Origin: Calcarisporiella thermophila CBS 279.70
Lineage: Eukaryota > Fungi > Calcarisporiellomycota
Assembly (NCBI RefSeq): GCF_041956535.1
Contig: NW_027192191.1
Location: forward strand, 241,698-305,697
Direction of reading: 5' to 3'
Length of the DNA: 64,000 nt
Shown piece by piece: positions 36,538 to 49,134 of this stretch. The stretch's first letter is position 1; every line of letters starts with the position of its first letter. A program made the position numbers and the translations under genes. The notes below the pieces were generated by a model. That model ran no database searches. It saw only the letters and a list, made by a program, of their open reading frames with translations, and was not told the DNA's origin.

Positions 36538-37266
36538 TCACCCACATCTCCCTCATTGGCTGGCTTGTACAAAGTTCCTGGATGTTACTTCTAAATCTAA
36601 TGCTTTTTTCTTTATCTGTAAAAATGTGCAATTCTTCTTCCTATCCTATCCTATCCTATCCCATTCTATTCAACTATATAATTTCTTGGACATAAATAAA
36701 TGGAATTCGTATGGAAGCTTGTTCCTTATCATGGTTTGCAAGATAGCCGTTCCAGTTCTGCAAGAATCTTCCATCCACGGCGGACGAGGTAGAAGATGGC
36801 CAAACAATGGGACAGGGGTGTGGTTTCATGGTAAGCAGTTGTAAAAACTCTGATAGATGGCGGCTCTAAGCCGTATCAGACTGCTGAAACTCAGAGGGAG
36901 GATAGGCTATCTGCGGGGACGAGATAGGAAGGAAAAAGCAATAGGCGAAGGCTTCGATTTGTGCTGATTGAGCCCCCCTCCAACCGACGAGACAACCTAA
37001 AAAGGATGGCTCCCCTATTTTCCCACCCCTCATGATGTGGGTCACCCTAAGATTGGCAAGAAAGCCAAGAGTTAATTTGCCGAGCCAAGCGGGTTTATCT
37101 TGCCGAAGGGGGCAAAATGGCTTGATCTACCCAAGAGCTTTCAAATCATTCACCACTTGGATGGTCTCATAAGCTAAATTTTAAATTTTCAGGTGATATT
37201 CCATCTATTCAACTCTAAAGGGGGAGAATCATCCGCCACACCGAGCTATTCATAAACCCCTCGCCC

Positions 37267-38724
37267 TCAGGCAATGGCAACCACCTCCTCCAATATCTCC
37301 GTGTATCGCGTGATGAAGGCCCGTAGAAAGGCCTCGTCACAACTCCCCTCCTGCCACGTCAGAGTCCCGCCGAGCCCCTCCGCAATCGAGACAAAATTCA
37401 GGTAGAGAGTTGCACCGGTCACCTGCACGCTCTGGCTAAACCACCCCTCCACCACGTTCCACTCCCCCTGCTCAAATTTGGCCCTCCCCAGGTCGCTGAT
37501 TTCGAAGCTTGCGCGGCGGCCCATCGACGCATCGCCCTTGCTCTCGAGCGGATCGACCCAGAACTGGATCCAGTTGTCCGGGAATCGGCCCAGATACGCA
37601 AGCAAGCCCGTCTCCTTGATGGCCGATGGGCGTAGATGTTCAACCATCTGCTTGTAGTCCCTGCACTCGGGCCAAAACCGGGAATACAGCGGAGCGGTTG
37701 AAAACGTCGAGAAGGTCTTGTCGATGCTCACCGACCCGACAAAGTTGCCCAGCTCCCTGCTGGCGAGAGGGGGATTCAAGTAGTTGCGCGCTGACACCAC
37801 CGTATTGGAGCGGAAGGTGATTGGGGGGGATTGCTGAGGATACTTGGAGGAGAACGCCTCTAAGGTCTCGAGGAGACCCAGAAGGCACGCAACATAGAGA
37901 GCCGCATGAGGAGTGGTGCGCTCCTTCTTCGCGCGGTCACAGAGCCGGTTGAAGGGGTCGCGGGGGACTGAAAACACTAGACATCGGGTACAGTGAGGCT
38001 CTCGGCGAGCAGGAACATGTCCGGCCCAAAATGGCGGGGAGAGCCAACGCTTGATATAGGAAGGGAGAAATTTGGAGCGAATTAATATGGGAAACAGGTC
38101 AAGAACGCCCGGCTTAAGGCTCACTCGGTCATTAAGAGGGCTGGGAAGTGTCGTGGGGTGTGTCGGGTGGAAAAGGGGGGACATTTCTGTCGAGGGCTTT
38201 ATCGCAGAGGATATGGCCAGGAGGCGCTGGCATAAGGCAAGGGAACTTAGCCCATCGGCGATAACATGATCGAAGGAAAAAGAGAGGACGAAATCGGCGG
38301 GACAGATTGGATCCAAAAGTATGCGGATGCGCCAGAGCGGCATCGTGAGATCTGACAGGTCGAAAATTTCGCGCTTCTCAGCCTCTAAATAGCTGGAAAG
38401 TTTGCACGGATCGGTGAATGGTATCTCCCGGGCAGAAATCACCCTCGAAAGATCAATCTCCTTGAGCCCAGCGAACCGTGGGGTCGGAGTGTCCAAATCG
38501 ATGACACCGATGGTGAGGTGTGCAAATTCAGAACAGAGACTGCGAAGAATAGGGTAAAATCGAGAACGAAGGTACTGCTCGCGTTCAGTAAAAGCGCGAA
38601 AGCTACTCAACTCAGCATCATGGATGCGGATCGTGAGAGCAACGGTTCCATAAACATCAACCAGTTGCTTTGATACCTGGTATTTTTCAAGGTAGCCGAG
38701 AGGACGAAGCGATAATGAGGTCAT
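37267..38724 (-). CDS. Alcohol O-acetyltransferase (Atf1/Sli1, condensation-domain fold)
   Basis: N-terminal 'LRPLGYLEKY', catalytic HxxxDG 'DHVIADG' and 'FEISDLG'. Intronless. Confidence 0.82.
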   Translation of the reverse strand: MTSLSLRPLGYLEKYQVSKQLVDVYGTVALTIRIHDAELSSFRAFTEREQYLRSRFYPILRSLCSEFAHLTIGVIDLDTPTPRFAGLKEIDLSRVISAREIPFTDPCKLSSYLEAEKREIFDLSDLTMPLWRIRILLDPICPADFVLSFSFDHVIADGLSSLALCQRLLAISSAIKPSTEMSPLFHPTHPTTLPSPLNDRVSLKPGVLDLFPILIRSKFLPSYIKRWLSPPFWAGHVPARREPHCTRCLVFSVPRDPFNRLCDRAKKERTTPHAALYVACLLGLLETLEAFSSKYPQQSPPITFRSNTVVSARNYLNPPLASRELGNFVGSVSIDKTFSTFSTAPLYSRFWPECRDYKQMVEHLRPSAIKETGLLAYLGRFPDNWIQFWVDPLESKGDASMGRRASFEISDLGRAKFEQGEWNVVEGWFSQSVQVTGATLYLNFVSIAEGLGGTLTWQEGSCDEAFLRAFITRYTEILEEVVAIA

Positions 38725-39129
38725 TCAAGATGAATTGGGGAGCGAGAATGACTCAGTGCTTCTTGGCTTATGGTGCCTCAATAATTAACTGGAGTGCTAC
38801 TCATTATATCACGTGATCACTCTATTCGAATCCTATTCTCAACAGCCCGAGTTTCTTTGGTCTCCTTAAAGAGAAAAGCAAGCGCAATTCGTCGCATAAC
38901 AAATTATATGTGCTTTATACCTTATAAATATCCGCTTGCTACAACGTTGTAAAATTCTATTCCATGCCAAATGCATAGAATCACTTAAGGTAAAGTAGCA
39001 ATTATAGCCGATATAGAGTACAAGTAGCTTTTCCCTTGCACTATATAAAATTGCTGGGAATGTAGTGACTTCCATGATTCCATTCCATATACGATATCCG
39101 CCAAAAGCCTTGACTCGCCATGGTAAATC

Positions 39130-39276
39130 TTCAACTCGATGATTAAATAATCGAGCTGAAAGTGCTCTATCCAGGTAAACAGTTTGCCTGGATAGAGCAA
39201 TTTTCCAGACGCCACTACCGATACTCTATAAGCTCGATAAAGGGTTGAACGAGTTTATTGGCAGTGCCCACTGCCA
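39130..39276. repeat. Cluster of three inverted repeats (hairpins)
   Basis: 39130-39160 (11-bp arms, 1 mismatch), 39163-39199 (18-bp arms, 1 G-T pair) and 39259-39276 (8-bp perfect arms). Confidence 0.7.
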
Positions 39277-40852
39277 CTGTTCATCACACGCTTTATGCCG
39301 GTCTTCAGCCACCAAAAAATAGAGACCGAAATCCGTTTGGTGTGTCGCATTTGACACATCTTAAATGTTGGTAGGGAGATATAAGATAATAATGTCAACT
39401 TGTACAATGATGCAGCAGAAAAGGACTCTATTCTCCTTCATGGACAGTATTGATTAGAAATACTCCAAATCGTCCACCCTGATCCTTCGCGGGATAGTAC
39501 AAATTAAGGTCACCTTAGGACATGTTGGTCAGATTGTTGAGGTTGGAAGTCGGCTAGAATAAAATGAGTTGTGGAATATGGCTGAGCAATTGGATTAATC
39601 GGTTGCACGGCCATATTGAGAAGCAAAGAAGAGTTTGAGTTTCAGTGATCGTAATACGAATCTATATTCTCAGAAACGGCTAACGAAAAGGGCAAAGAAA
39701 AAATTAAAAAAAATAGTTAATATGCTATTCTGAGTTTGGTACCGATACTAAAGTGGTCTATGTAAAACTTTGACTCGATAAATGGAATTTATTCAGATGC
39801 ACCTTCATATTGAAAAGATCGAGATATATATGCTCCCTGAACAAATGGGCAAAAAGATGAGATATGAGATACATTTGAGATACGTTTCATCAACGGAACA
39901 ATGGCGGTGTCTTCCATTAATGAACAAATCCAAGTAGATCTGGGATGTCCGAGAAGGAATACCTAATAAATAGTTAAGAAATGTCAAGGTAAAAGACTAG
40001 TGCCTTGTCCCACCTGTCAGCCTGTCGCATTAGCTTCACGGAATCTGACAGAGTTGAACAAATACCAAGTAGTCCAGCACTACGTTGCTCTCCAATGAAG
40101 TTTGCTCCGCTATACCGTTCACAAGGGAGCAGAGTGTGCAAACACTTTATTTAACATATATACGCAAAAAAAATGCGATAATGGTTTATCGTCCGGCTGC
40201 AGCAACCTATGAAAAATAGATGGGAAACCGAGTAGATATCGTGCGCTAACTTGGACATGGGAGTCGAAGTAGATAACAAGGTAGTGGTGGGGTCAGCAGG
40301 GGATCTGAATAGAGATTCAATAGCGCGCAAAGCTCCTACCGTCCCTTTTTTTTGAGTTGAGCTAGTGATAGATGGTATCGACTGAATTTCGTGTGCGCAA
40401 AAACCCGATTTCTACACCCTCTATGGGATGCGCGGTAGGAGGGTATACTGTAACAATAGATTGGAAAGCAGTTTTTCTGCCATCTTCTATGGTTGCCATA
40501 CGAATAAAAGGTGTTAATTTTGCGTCATAACTAGAGATTATCATGTTCGACCGAGATTAGGATTGGATAGGGTAAACTGAGGGCCTGCCTCACCCCTTTT
40601 GGGGTAATAGCACTTAATCGAACCTTTTTTTTTTGCTCACGCTAAGAATCGTCACAAAATGCTCCTATGAGACGGGGGCTATGACTAATAGTTAGAGCAA
40701 CCTTGGTGAGTCTCAAGATAAGTGCTATGGAAATCGCATTATTATGAGAAGTATATAAAGCGGACCAAAAAAAAACAAAGTGAAGGCGGGAAAAACTAGT
40801 GAAACTCGAGAACCATTCCAGAAACCCTGTTAAAACACTTCGTCATAAACCA

Positions 40853-42232
40853 ATGCAATCGAAGGATTTCAATCCCGATAAGCTTGAGCTCTCCACGCTC
40901 ACCATCCATTCGGACAAGAATGCCTATGTTGGCAAGATATACGATGTTGCTCCGCCTCTTCACGTCTCCACCACCTATCGAGCGTCTCTAGGGGACGACG
41001 ATGTTTATTTTTACACTCGCGAAGCCAGGCATCCTACGCGTGATCGTACCGAAGCGGTCTTGGGATCGCTGTACCACCCATCTGCTGCAGTGACCTATTC
41101 AAGTGGTCTGGCTGCAGTCCATGCGGCATTGTTGCACTATACCCCTAGAAGAGTGGCGATAAGGGGCGGATACTTTGGGATTCACAATGTGCTTCGTTTG
41201 TATCGGCGGACTAGCGACTTGGTATTGTAAAGCCGATGGCTGCTTTCTATTTTCCAACCCCAACACTAACGCCTATTCTGCAGCAAATCATTGATATTGA
41301 CGACGAACTGCAGGAGAACGATCTAGTGATTATCGAATCCCCACAGAATCCATCGGGCGAGATATTTGGTACGCGTGTTCGTAGCGCTGAATTCCCAGTA
41401 GCTTTCTAAAGGGTATTTGCTTTGTTTCCGTGTAGATATCGAGCATTATGCTCGGAGGGCCCATGAGGCTAAAGCTAAACTGTTCGTGGATGCCACCTTC
41501 GGCCCGCCTCCGCTGCAAGACCCATTCAAGCAAGGCGCCGACATGGTATTCCATTCCACGACTAAATTTTTGGCGGGCCATTCTGACGCGCTCGGGGGAG
41601 CCTTGTTTGTCAAGAGCAAGGAGGAGGCTCACAAGGTGGGGGAAGAAGGGAGAGCACTCCCGATCTCTAATCTCCCATGATCAGCGTTGAACGTGGTTTT
41701 ATTTCTTCTTTAGCTTATTGAGGACCGAAGCGTGGTGGGCTCCGTCCCGGGAAACCTTGAGAGCTGGCTTTTGCTTCGCAGCCTTCGCACTCTTCCGCTT
41801 CGAGTCACTCAGCAGACTCGTACCGCTACTGCGCTCATTCAATGGCTGTCCCTCGCATCCGAGGGCCGCGCTCATGACGGTATCCCAGGCGGCACCATCC
41901 GCAGTGTTTTGCACGCCTCCATCCAGAAATCGGCCGATGCGTACCGTGACCGGCAGATGCCTGGAGGCTATGGCGCCGTCTTCTCGATTGTCCTGTACAC
42001 GAAGGAACTGGCTAAGATGCTGCCCCACTGCACTCAGCTGCTGACGCCGGCAACCTCGTTGGGTGGCGCGGAGAGCTTGATTGAGTGGAGGTACCCCCTT
42101 GATAAGACATTGGATCCAGGCTTAGTGCGCGTTAGCATCGGTTTGGAGGGGCTTGAGGACCTAAAGAACGATTTCCGCCATGCTCTTCTAGAAGCGGAAA
42201 AAAGAGTAAAGAAGCAGGCCGATGCCAATTAG
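40853..42232 (+). CDS. Cys/Met metabolism PLP-dependent enzyme (cystathionine gamma-synthase/beta-lyase-like)
   Basis: Motifs 'YSSGLAA', 'IESPQNP', 'VDATF', PLP-Lys 'HSTTKFLAGHSD', 'ATSLGGAESLIE' and 'VRVSIGLE'. Three introns. Confidence 0.9.
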
Positions 42233-42560
42233 ACGCGGACAACGGAGGTTTTGTTGGGGATGCTCGAGAAGGGAGGCGGTACCTACACATATGTTTTCTG
42301 TATGAGATAAACTCGATTTTGAGCGGTCATGTTCTTATATGGGTGCTTTTCTTTATTCTATTTTCTTCAGCATTAATACAAGGCTAATGATTGGATTCAG
42401 ATAAAATGGATGACCAAATTGGGAGCGAAGCCGCTCTGCCAAAGGAAAAACCTGGGAGCCTCTCCCCCTAACCGAAACTTTCTACTACACACCAGTATGG
42501 AGAAGGGTAAAATATAAATAGCCACAATCTCCTAGACCCTAGAATCCTTGCCGACCAAGC

Positions 42561-43145
42561 ATGTCAACGTCCACCTCCACCCTTTCCCACTCCGAACATC
42601 GCTCCCTTCGCCCGAAATCATGCATTTGGAAGACCAGCCATGTCATCCCTAACACTGGGAGTACATGCAGAGATCATTTAGGTAGGCTCCCATCGCCCCT
42701 CCTCTCTCTTCTCACTTTGTGACATAAAATGGGGAATTGACTTTTGGGACTTTCTCATAGCGAATGAGCGAACCTTTCTGAGCTGGCTGAGAGTATCGGT
42801 ATTGCTAATGCTGGTTGGCATATCCATGATATCGCATGTACACTTCGGGACTTTGCATATTACATTTTCACGGAGCACCCAGGGCGCTTTGCCCATGGGC
42901 TCTGTGCTGTGTGGACTTGGCTGCCTGGTGGGTATTTGTTTTTCCCCACGGGGCAATACCACGACGTCCATTAACCACATTATTTTTAGGCTCTTTTAAC
43001 CTCCGTACTCTTCTATTTTCGGATCCAATATCTCTACGTGAACAAACGCGGGTTCGTCGAGCATGGACAATGGAGTTTTCTGCTGGCCTTCCTCATTGGC
43101 CTAGCCATCACGGCCGCCACTATCCTCGCCATAGTAATGCATTAG
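42561..43145 (+). CDS. DUF202 (YidH/Vtc1-like) small membrane protein
   Basis: Spliced 'NTGSTCRDHL|ANERTFLSWLR' signature and three hydrophobic segments. Exons 42561-42681, 42761-42927 and 42990-43145. Not called intact in the ORF track. Confidence 0.82.
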
Positions 43146-43287
43146 ATATTTAACCCTGTAGGACATTAGCATGTAGATATGGAAGCCACGGTTCAGATGA
43201 ATCTCTTCCTTGTTTTGATTTTTCTCGGCTCATCCATAGCTGCATTTTATTTATTCTCTGTATTCCTGTATTTTGCATTGTATTACC

Positions 43288-44957
43288 TTATAAGATCAAC
43301 GCACCCAAGGGCTCGGTGGAGAAGCCCTCGGCCCGCTCGTAGGCCGTCCGGCCTCGCACCACAGTTCGTTCCACAACCCCGTACAGCTCGACCCCCTCGT
43401 AGGGAGTGACCTTGTTTTTGAAATGGATGTCCGCCTTCTGCACGGTTAGCCTGCTTTCTGGCCGCCAGATCACAAAGTCGGCGTCTCCGCTCACGAAAAT
43501 CGCCCCTTTTCTGGCGACGAGGCCGACCTGCTTCGCGGGCTCATGGGCCAGCCATCGAAGTAGGTTGTGCAGGGTATGGCCGCGCTTTCTCGCCTCCGTC
43601 CAGAGGACACTCAGCCCAAACTGGACCCCAGCAATCCCGCCCCAAGCCTTTACGAAATCGCCCTCCTCTAATCGCTTGAGCTCTCCTGTGCAAGGAGAAT
43701 GGTCACTGACCACATAGTCGATCGTCCCGTCTTGCAGGGCGCGCCACAGCTGCTCTCTGTTTTCCTCGTCTCGGATCGGGGGGCAACATTTGAATTGCGT
43801 GGCGCCGTGCGGAATGGCGGAGGATTGGAAGAAGAGATAGTGGTGACACGTTTCGACGGTGAGGGGTGCTCCGCGGGATCTGTAGTCGCGAATTTGGGGA
43901 AGGGCTGCAGCAGCGGAGAGGTGGACGATGTGGGAGCGTACCTTGGACTCTAGGGCGAGACGGCAGACGAGGTCGATGGCTCGGACTTCAAGCGCAGGCG
44001 GCCGAGAGTCGAGGAAAGTCCGGTAATGAGTGGAATCGGCCGGGGGAGCTGTACGAAAGAGGGAAGCACAACCAAAAAGCGGGGGTTAATCCTAGCACAA
44101 ACAACGTGGAAGTAGACGCGGATTGACCCTACCCTTCTGATCCTCTTCGTCGCCCTCCATCTCAGCATGGTACAACAGAATCGATCCCGTGCCTTTCAAC
44201 TCTTCCAGGGCGCTCCTCACGTCCTCCTCCTTTACACACGGGAACTCCTCCACCCCGCTCTCTATCAGAAAACATTTAAATCCGCGCACGCCTCTCTCCA
44301 CCAGCGGACGCAGCTCTTTCTATCCTCCCCATCCACCCACAGTTGAATAAACTTACGAACTTTAAGCATTCTTATTTTCTTCTAAATACTCACTTGGTTT
44401 CCTGGAATAACACCGCCCCAGAATCCGACATCTACCCAACATTTCCCTCTCGCAGCGGCGAGTTTTGTTTCGAAATTCGCCACAGTCGTGGTGGGAGGTA
44501 TGGAATTGAGAGGCATGTCGATGACCGTGGTAAACCCGCCTTGCGAAAAATAGAATGCCGCATTGAATGACCGAACTGATAATAAAAAGGGGAGGCAATA
44601 GCCGTTTACCTGCAGCAGCAGCTTTTGTTCCCGTCTCGAAGCCCTCCCATTCGGTCCGTCCTGGCTCATTTAGATGAACTATTGGCAAAGTAGGCATTTG
44701 AGTTAAGACCCAGTTCAATCGCAGCGAAACCAATCTGCGAGCATACCATGTGCGTCAATCAGGCCGGGCATCAGGACCTCTCCTTCTCCAAGCACCAGGG
44801 TTTCGCAATTCTCATTTTCGTATTTGCGATCATCTATCGCGAGAATGTCAATCACCTTTCCCGAGGAGATTTCAGCCACCACCTGGGTAGAGAGAGGCGG
44901 CTCCGAGTGGGAGAGTAGAGTAAAGGGGGCCTTAATGATGAGATAGGTCGCGGGCAT
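43288..44957 (-). CDS. DAL1: Allantoinase
   Basis: Motifs 'MPGLIDAH|[18 protein letters not shown]', '[11 protein letters not shown]', '[11 protein letters not shown]', 'FKCCPPIR', 'VSDHSPC' and 'AWGGIA'. Four introns. Confidence 0.95.
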
Positions 44958-45413
44958 TTAGAGGGGGAATGTCAATGGGTAGATGGAGAAGAATAAAAAA
45001 GGATAAGCGTATTGCCACCACTGTGTGCATCCACCTCGGCTGTCGGGAATTTTTGCTTTTGCTTTTCTCACCCTCTATCATTCTCCATTTTTATTCCATA
45101 CATTATGAGCACAGCGTTGGTAAAATGCCTCTTCGCCGGTAAAAACAAATACATAACCAGAAGAGGGCCATGGTGTTCAAATACAAGTACACACACCCAA
45201 AGTGAATCGAACGGAAAAATCACTCGTATAAATAATAAATAAGCAATTGGGAATATGTATAAATAGAGAGTCTGTATGGAGTAAGAGTAAGCGAAAAACA
45301 AAAGCAACATGGCCATCCGAAAGCCAAGGTCCAGGGGGTTCTACCTTAAATGTGTTTTTTAAATGAAAAAAGAACGAGCGAGCTTCGAGGAATATGGTTG
45401 ATACAGAAGGTAT

Positions 45414-46836
45414 CTATTGGCCTGGTGAAGCAGGAGAAGGGTTGGGTATCGCAACCTTTGGTATAGGGGGGACGGGCAACTTGTCTTTGGTTTGGTATCC
45501 AATGCTTGCCATTGCTCGAAGAAGTAGGGGTCCGACCGGCCCACCGTATTGAGCGATCGACTCGGCGAGCGACATGGGCCGATCAGCAGCGAACATCATC
45601 AGGCGCTGGCTCGTGTTCCAGTAGTGCTTCATTGCAACGTGCGACACAGACGAGCCCTGCCGGTAACGAGGGAGCCCCGTCTCGAGCCAAAGATAGTCGT
45701 TCGGCGCCTGCGCGCCAAACGGAAGCAGCGCCAGCGTGTCATTGGTGGTGGCGGCCTTCATCATGTCTCTGGCGGGTTGGAAGTCGGGCGCCGTCTCGAG
45801 CAAACTTGCGACCTGGGCGGGGGTCGTCGACTGGGTGAAGAGCTTGGTGGAGGCGGCGTTGAGCGCCTTTGTGAACTCGGTGCAGCGCTGTGGGGAGGCG
45901 CCGCTCACCAGGGTCATGTAACGGTCCAGAACGGATTCCACAAAGAAGTCATCGGTGGGCATCGGGTTTTCCTGCTCGTCATAGATCAATCCGGCCGGAA
46001 TCAACGAGCCCGGGGAGGCTGGGAGATTGGCCCACGAGCTGAGGAAGCCGAGGCCATGCAGAAGTTCATGGACCACGGTCTCCTCGAAGTCGGTCTGCTG
46101 CGCCGAGGCTAGCTTCGGCCCATCTGCCCAGAAGTGCCATGGAACTATAACGAAAAGAGCAGAGAGCCATTGGTTGGTCAGCCGCCTCTCTCCAAATAAC
46201 ACCGCAATTCAAACTCACGCTCAGCATTGAAATCCGCATAAATGTCATAGGTGTGATAGGCAGGACGCGGCGTGAGATTGAACTGCTTGACCACCGTCTG
46301 CGGGTAGATGCGCTGTACGTTGTCATCGTCCTGGAGCAGCATCATACGAGTCGGCTTTGCCAAGCCTATCAGCCAAAAAAACAAGAGGGAAACGGTCCCG
46401 CATCAGCTACTCCGTGCTGAACGACGGCCAGGAGCAGAGGAGCCCCGCACTTACCCGCTATCGCCGAGAGGCCTCGCGTGCGGCAGTTCTCGTCGATTTC
46501 TGGGTCGCTCTTGCAAAAGAGGTGGAACGACGCGTTCACCCTGACCGGCGCGGCGAAGCTGATAAAGCTGGACAGGATCTCGCCGGACTTGCGGAAGCCT
46601 TCCTTGGCCTTCAGGCACAGCTCAGGGGAGGCGTCGCAGTAGAAGTCGAAAACGAAGGCCTGCGACGAGTTGAAGGTCTCCGGCGCCTGGCGAGGAGCAA
46701 TATCATGGACCAGCGGGCATGGGACGCGAGCGCGTTTGGTGAGGTCGCGCGGATCGTAATGGTCAATACATATGGGATTGGCCAGGGCAAGGGTCAGGCT
46801 TGCAAAGAGAGCGGCAAGCGGGATGGAGAGGTGCAT
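45414..46836 (-). CDS. Secreted zincin-type metallopeptidase-like protein (HExxH)
   Basis: Signal peptide MHLSIPLAALFASLTLALA; motifs 'YPQTVVKQ', 'DIYADFN', 'DFEETVVHELLHGLGF' and 'GSSVSH'. Two introns. Confidence 0.72.
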
Positions 46837-49134
46837 TCTAGCGAGGATGAGAGAGCAGCGGCAGAAGGAGAAATGCACGCCTTGCAATAAAAAGTGGGTG
46901 GCCGGAGACCAGTTGAGGCATTTGGAAAAGTTGATTACTCAACCCTCTCCTCCCGCAGCCTATGGTCGTGCGCGTCGAATGGATCGTGCGAATGAAACTG
47001 CGCTGGCAACCTTAATTTATTTCTTGGGCCGCATCCGCCCCTAAATGGGGAATTGTTCATTTTGCGGGCCAATGGGGCTCGGTGTTCCAAACCAATAAAA
47101 GGACAGATCGGGCACTAAGAAGCCTTGAACTCTAAAATAAGAACAAGAAAGCATCCAATATGCTGCGGAGGCGCTGGCGGCGGGGAAAAAGACAGATGGA
47201 AGGTTCTGCTATACTCTAACGAGTAAAAACCCAACGTGACGCGGCCCTTCTGCAACCTCGTGTCGCTTCAGTCGTCCAAGCTCCAGCTAGCTTCGACAGG
47301 CACCTTCTTTTATTGAGTTGAGGCTGAGGCCGGCACCCTTTCTACCACATCCGAAGGCTTCTGCAAACCCTACACTAGCCGTAATAAAGCACAACAACTC
47401 GAGCTCTTCTCCGTCAATCTACAATGGATAAAGGCTAGTGTATACTGCTGCTCATTGGGCGGGAAACAGTAAAGACTAGCACGCTGGTCAACATGTGAAA
47501 TCTATTGCTAGGCATATTCTAATTTCTTGAACTATACTAAGCGGCATGATTTCGATTTCCTATCGGCTGCATTTTCACGCCATCTCCGTCGTGATAAACT
47601 CTAACGAGTTTAGTTCACTTGGCAGTATTAGCTCGCTGTCCATTACTGGGCGCCCCTCTCTCGTCTCTCGATTTTGTTCTTTTTCACGCTAGCATGCCAG
47701 GAAGAGAGAGCAAGGTATTGCCCAACGCAATAGCCTTTCTCACGGCTTAAATCACTCACGCTTGGATACCAACCCCTCTTTGTAATTGGGCTGGTAGGAC
47801 CCTTCACAGCAGATCAGTTGAGGTAAAGCAACATGGCATAAAAGCGCTCAGAGATACTTGGATAGGCTCTGACATCCGCTTAAGTGTCCTATGGAAATTC
47901 TATTTAATGTTCTATCCTCTTTTCTTTTCAACTAGCCTTTTTTTTTTCACCTTTGAACGACATTAAAGATCTCTGAAGCGATCCATCAAGAGGCCACAGC
48001 TCCTAAAATTCCTCCAATTCAGCTCTTGTTTGCTCCCGTGACAATTCCCATAATGCGATGACGATACCTGCAAAACTCTTCGAGGCACCCTGCTCCTCCA
48101 AGAAAGTGCGAGGCTGTGGGCCTTTATCAATGCGGTCCTCTCATGCAAAACGAATTAAATCTAACGTGCTCCTGGTTTCTGTGTATCCGAGTTGCCTTTT
48201 CGCAATGCATTCGAGCACGTTTTGAGCCGGTGTGCAATTAAAAGTGGTGCTACAGAAAGTACAGGCCGATGCGGGGATGGAGGAAGGTATAGGTTCGCTC
48301 GTTCGATCAAGGATCCGTGGATCTCCATGCTTTCTGCCTCTAAGCACAGGATGTTTTCCGAAACGGAGAGTATAGGAGCTCTCGAAGGAAACTCGGATAT
48401 TCCCCCAGTTTTGCGCGAAGAGTCCTCTCTCTCTCTTGATGGTTCGCGGGGCAATCATTTTTAGAGCAACAAGGTTTGATTACCTACTCTTGATGAACAT
48501 TGAATCAATTTGGATTTACGGTCCTTATTTTTCACAGAGATTCGAATGAACCACGATTAATCTCGGGAGGAGGCACAAAACCCGTTTCCATTTCAACCCA
48601 AATAAACCATTCTTCGAATTGTTTGTTATTATTTTCCGGGAACTACAAACATGAGGTGGAAAAATACCATTGAAGTCACCGTGGGCACAAAACCCGGGCT
48701 ACTCTCAATACCATATGGTGAGAACAGAAGGACAACAATTCGGAAATACCGGGAAATGCCCCTAACTTATTCCATATCCACCTTCTTGTGCTTGAAAATG
48801 ATCAAATCTACCCGGAAGTAGCAGTCATGGACTCAGCCGGTGCGTGTGTAGTTCTTCGACACCCGCGGTTCATTTCCTTCCCTTTCGCTAAAGGAATCCA
48901 TAAATTGCTTATATGTGCTCTCGGTATATAAAGTGGTAACGAAAGGCAAAAAAATCGAGACTTTTTATACCTACTATTTAAGCCTGGTGCTTTTTCAATA
49001 CCTTCTCCTCTCCTGCCACTTGTATTGATCTTTCTTTCATAGACACCTTTCAGCGAAAGGCGCCCCTCTGCTATTTACATTACTATTGACATATCTATTT
49101 CATTCGTTTATTACATTTTGTATTCATATCCATC

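Noticed and set aside
36640-36662. (CTATC)n, plus (AT)n near 20324, (CCAT)n near 52408 and (GA)n near 58280
   Set aside because: Ordinary short microsatellites in UTR or intergenic DNA.
39300-40600. Possible transposon relic in the long intergenic region
   Set aside because: No transposase or RT motifs, terminal repeats or target-site duplication could be read.
47963-48464. Several ~100-aa ORFs between the metallopeptidase and M23 genes
   Set aside because: Overlapping frames with no recognisable domain or consistent splice model.
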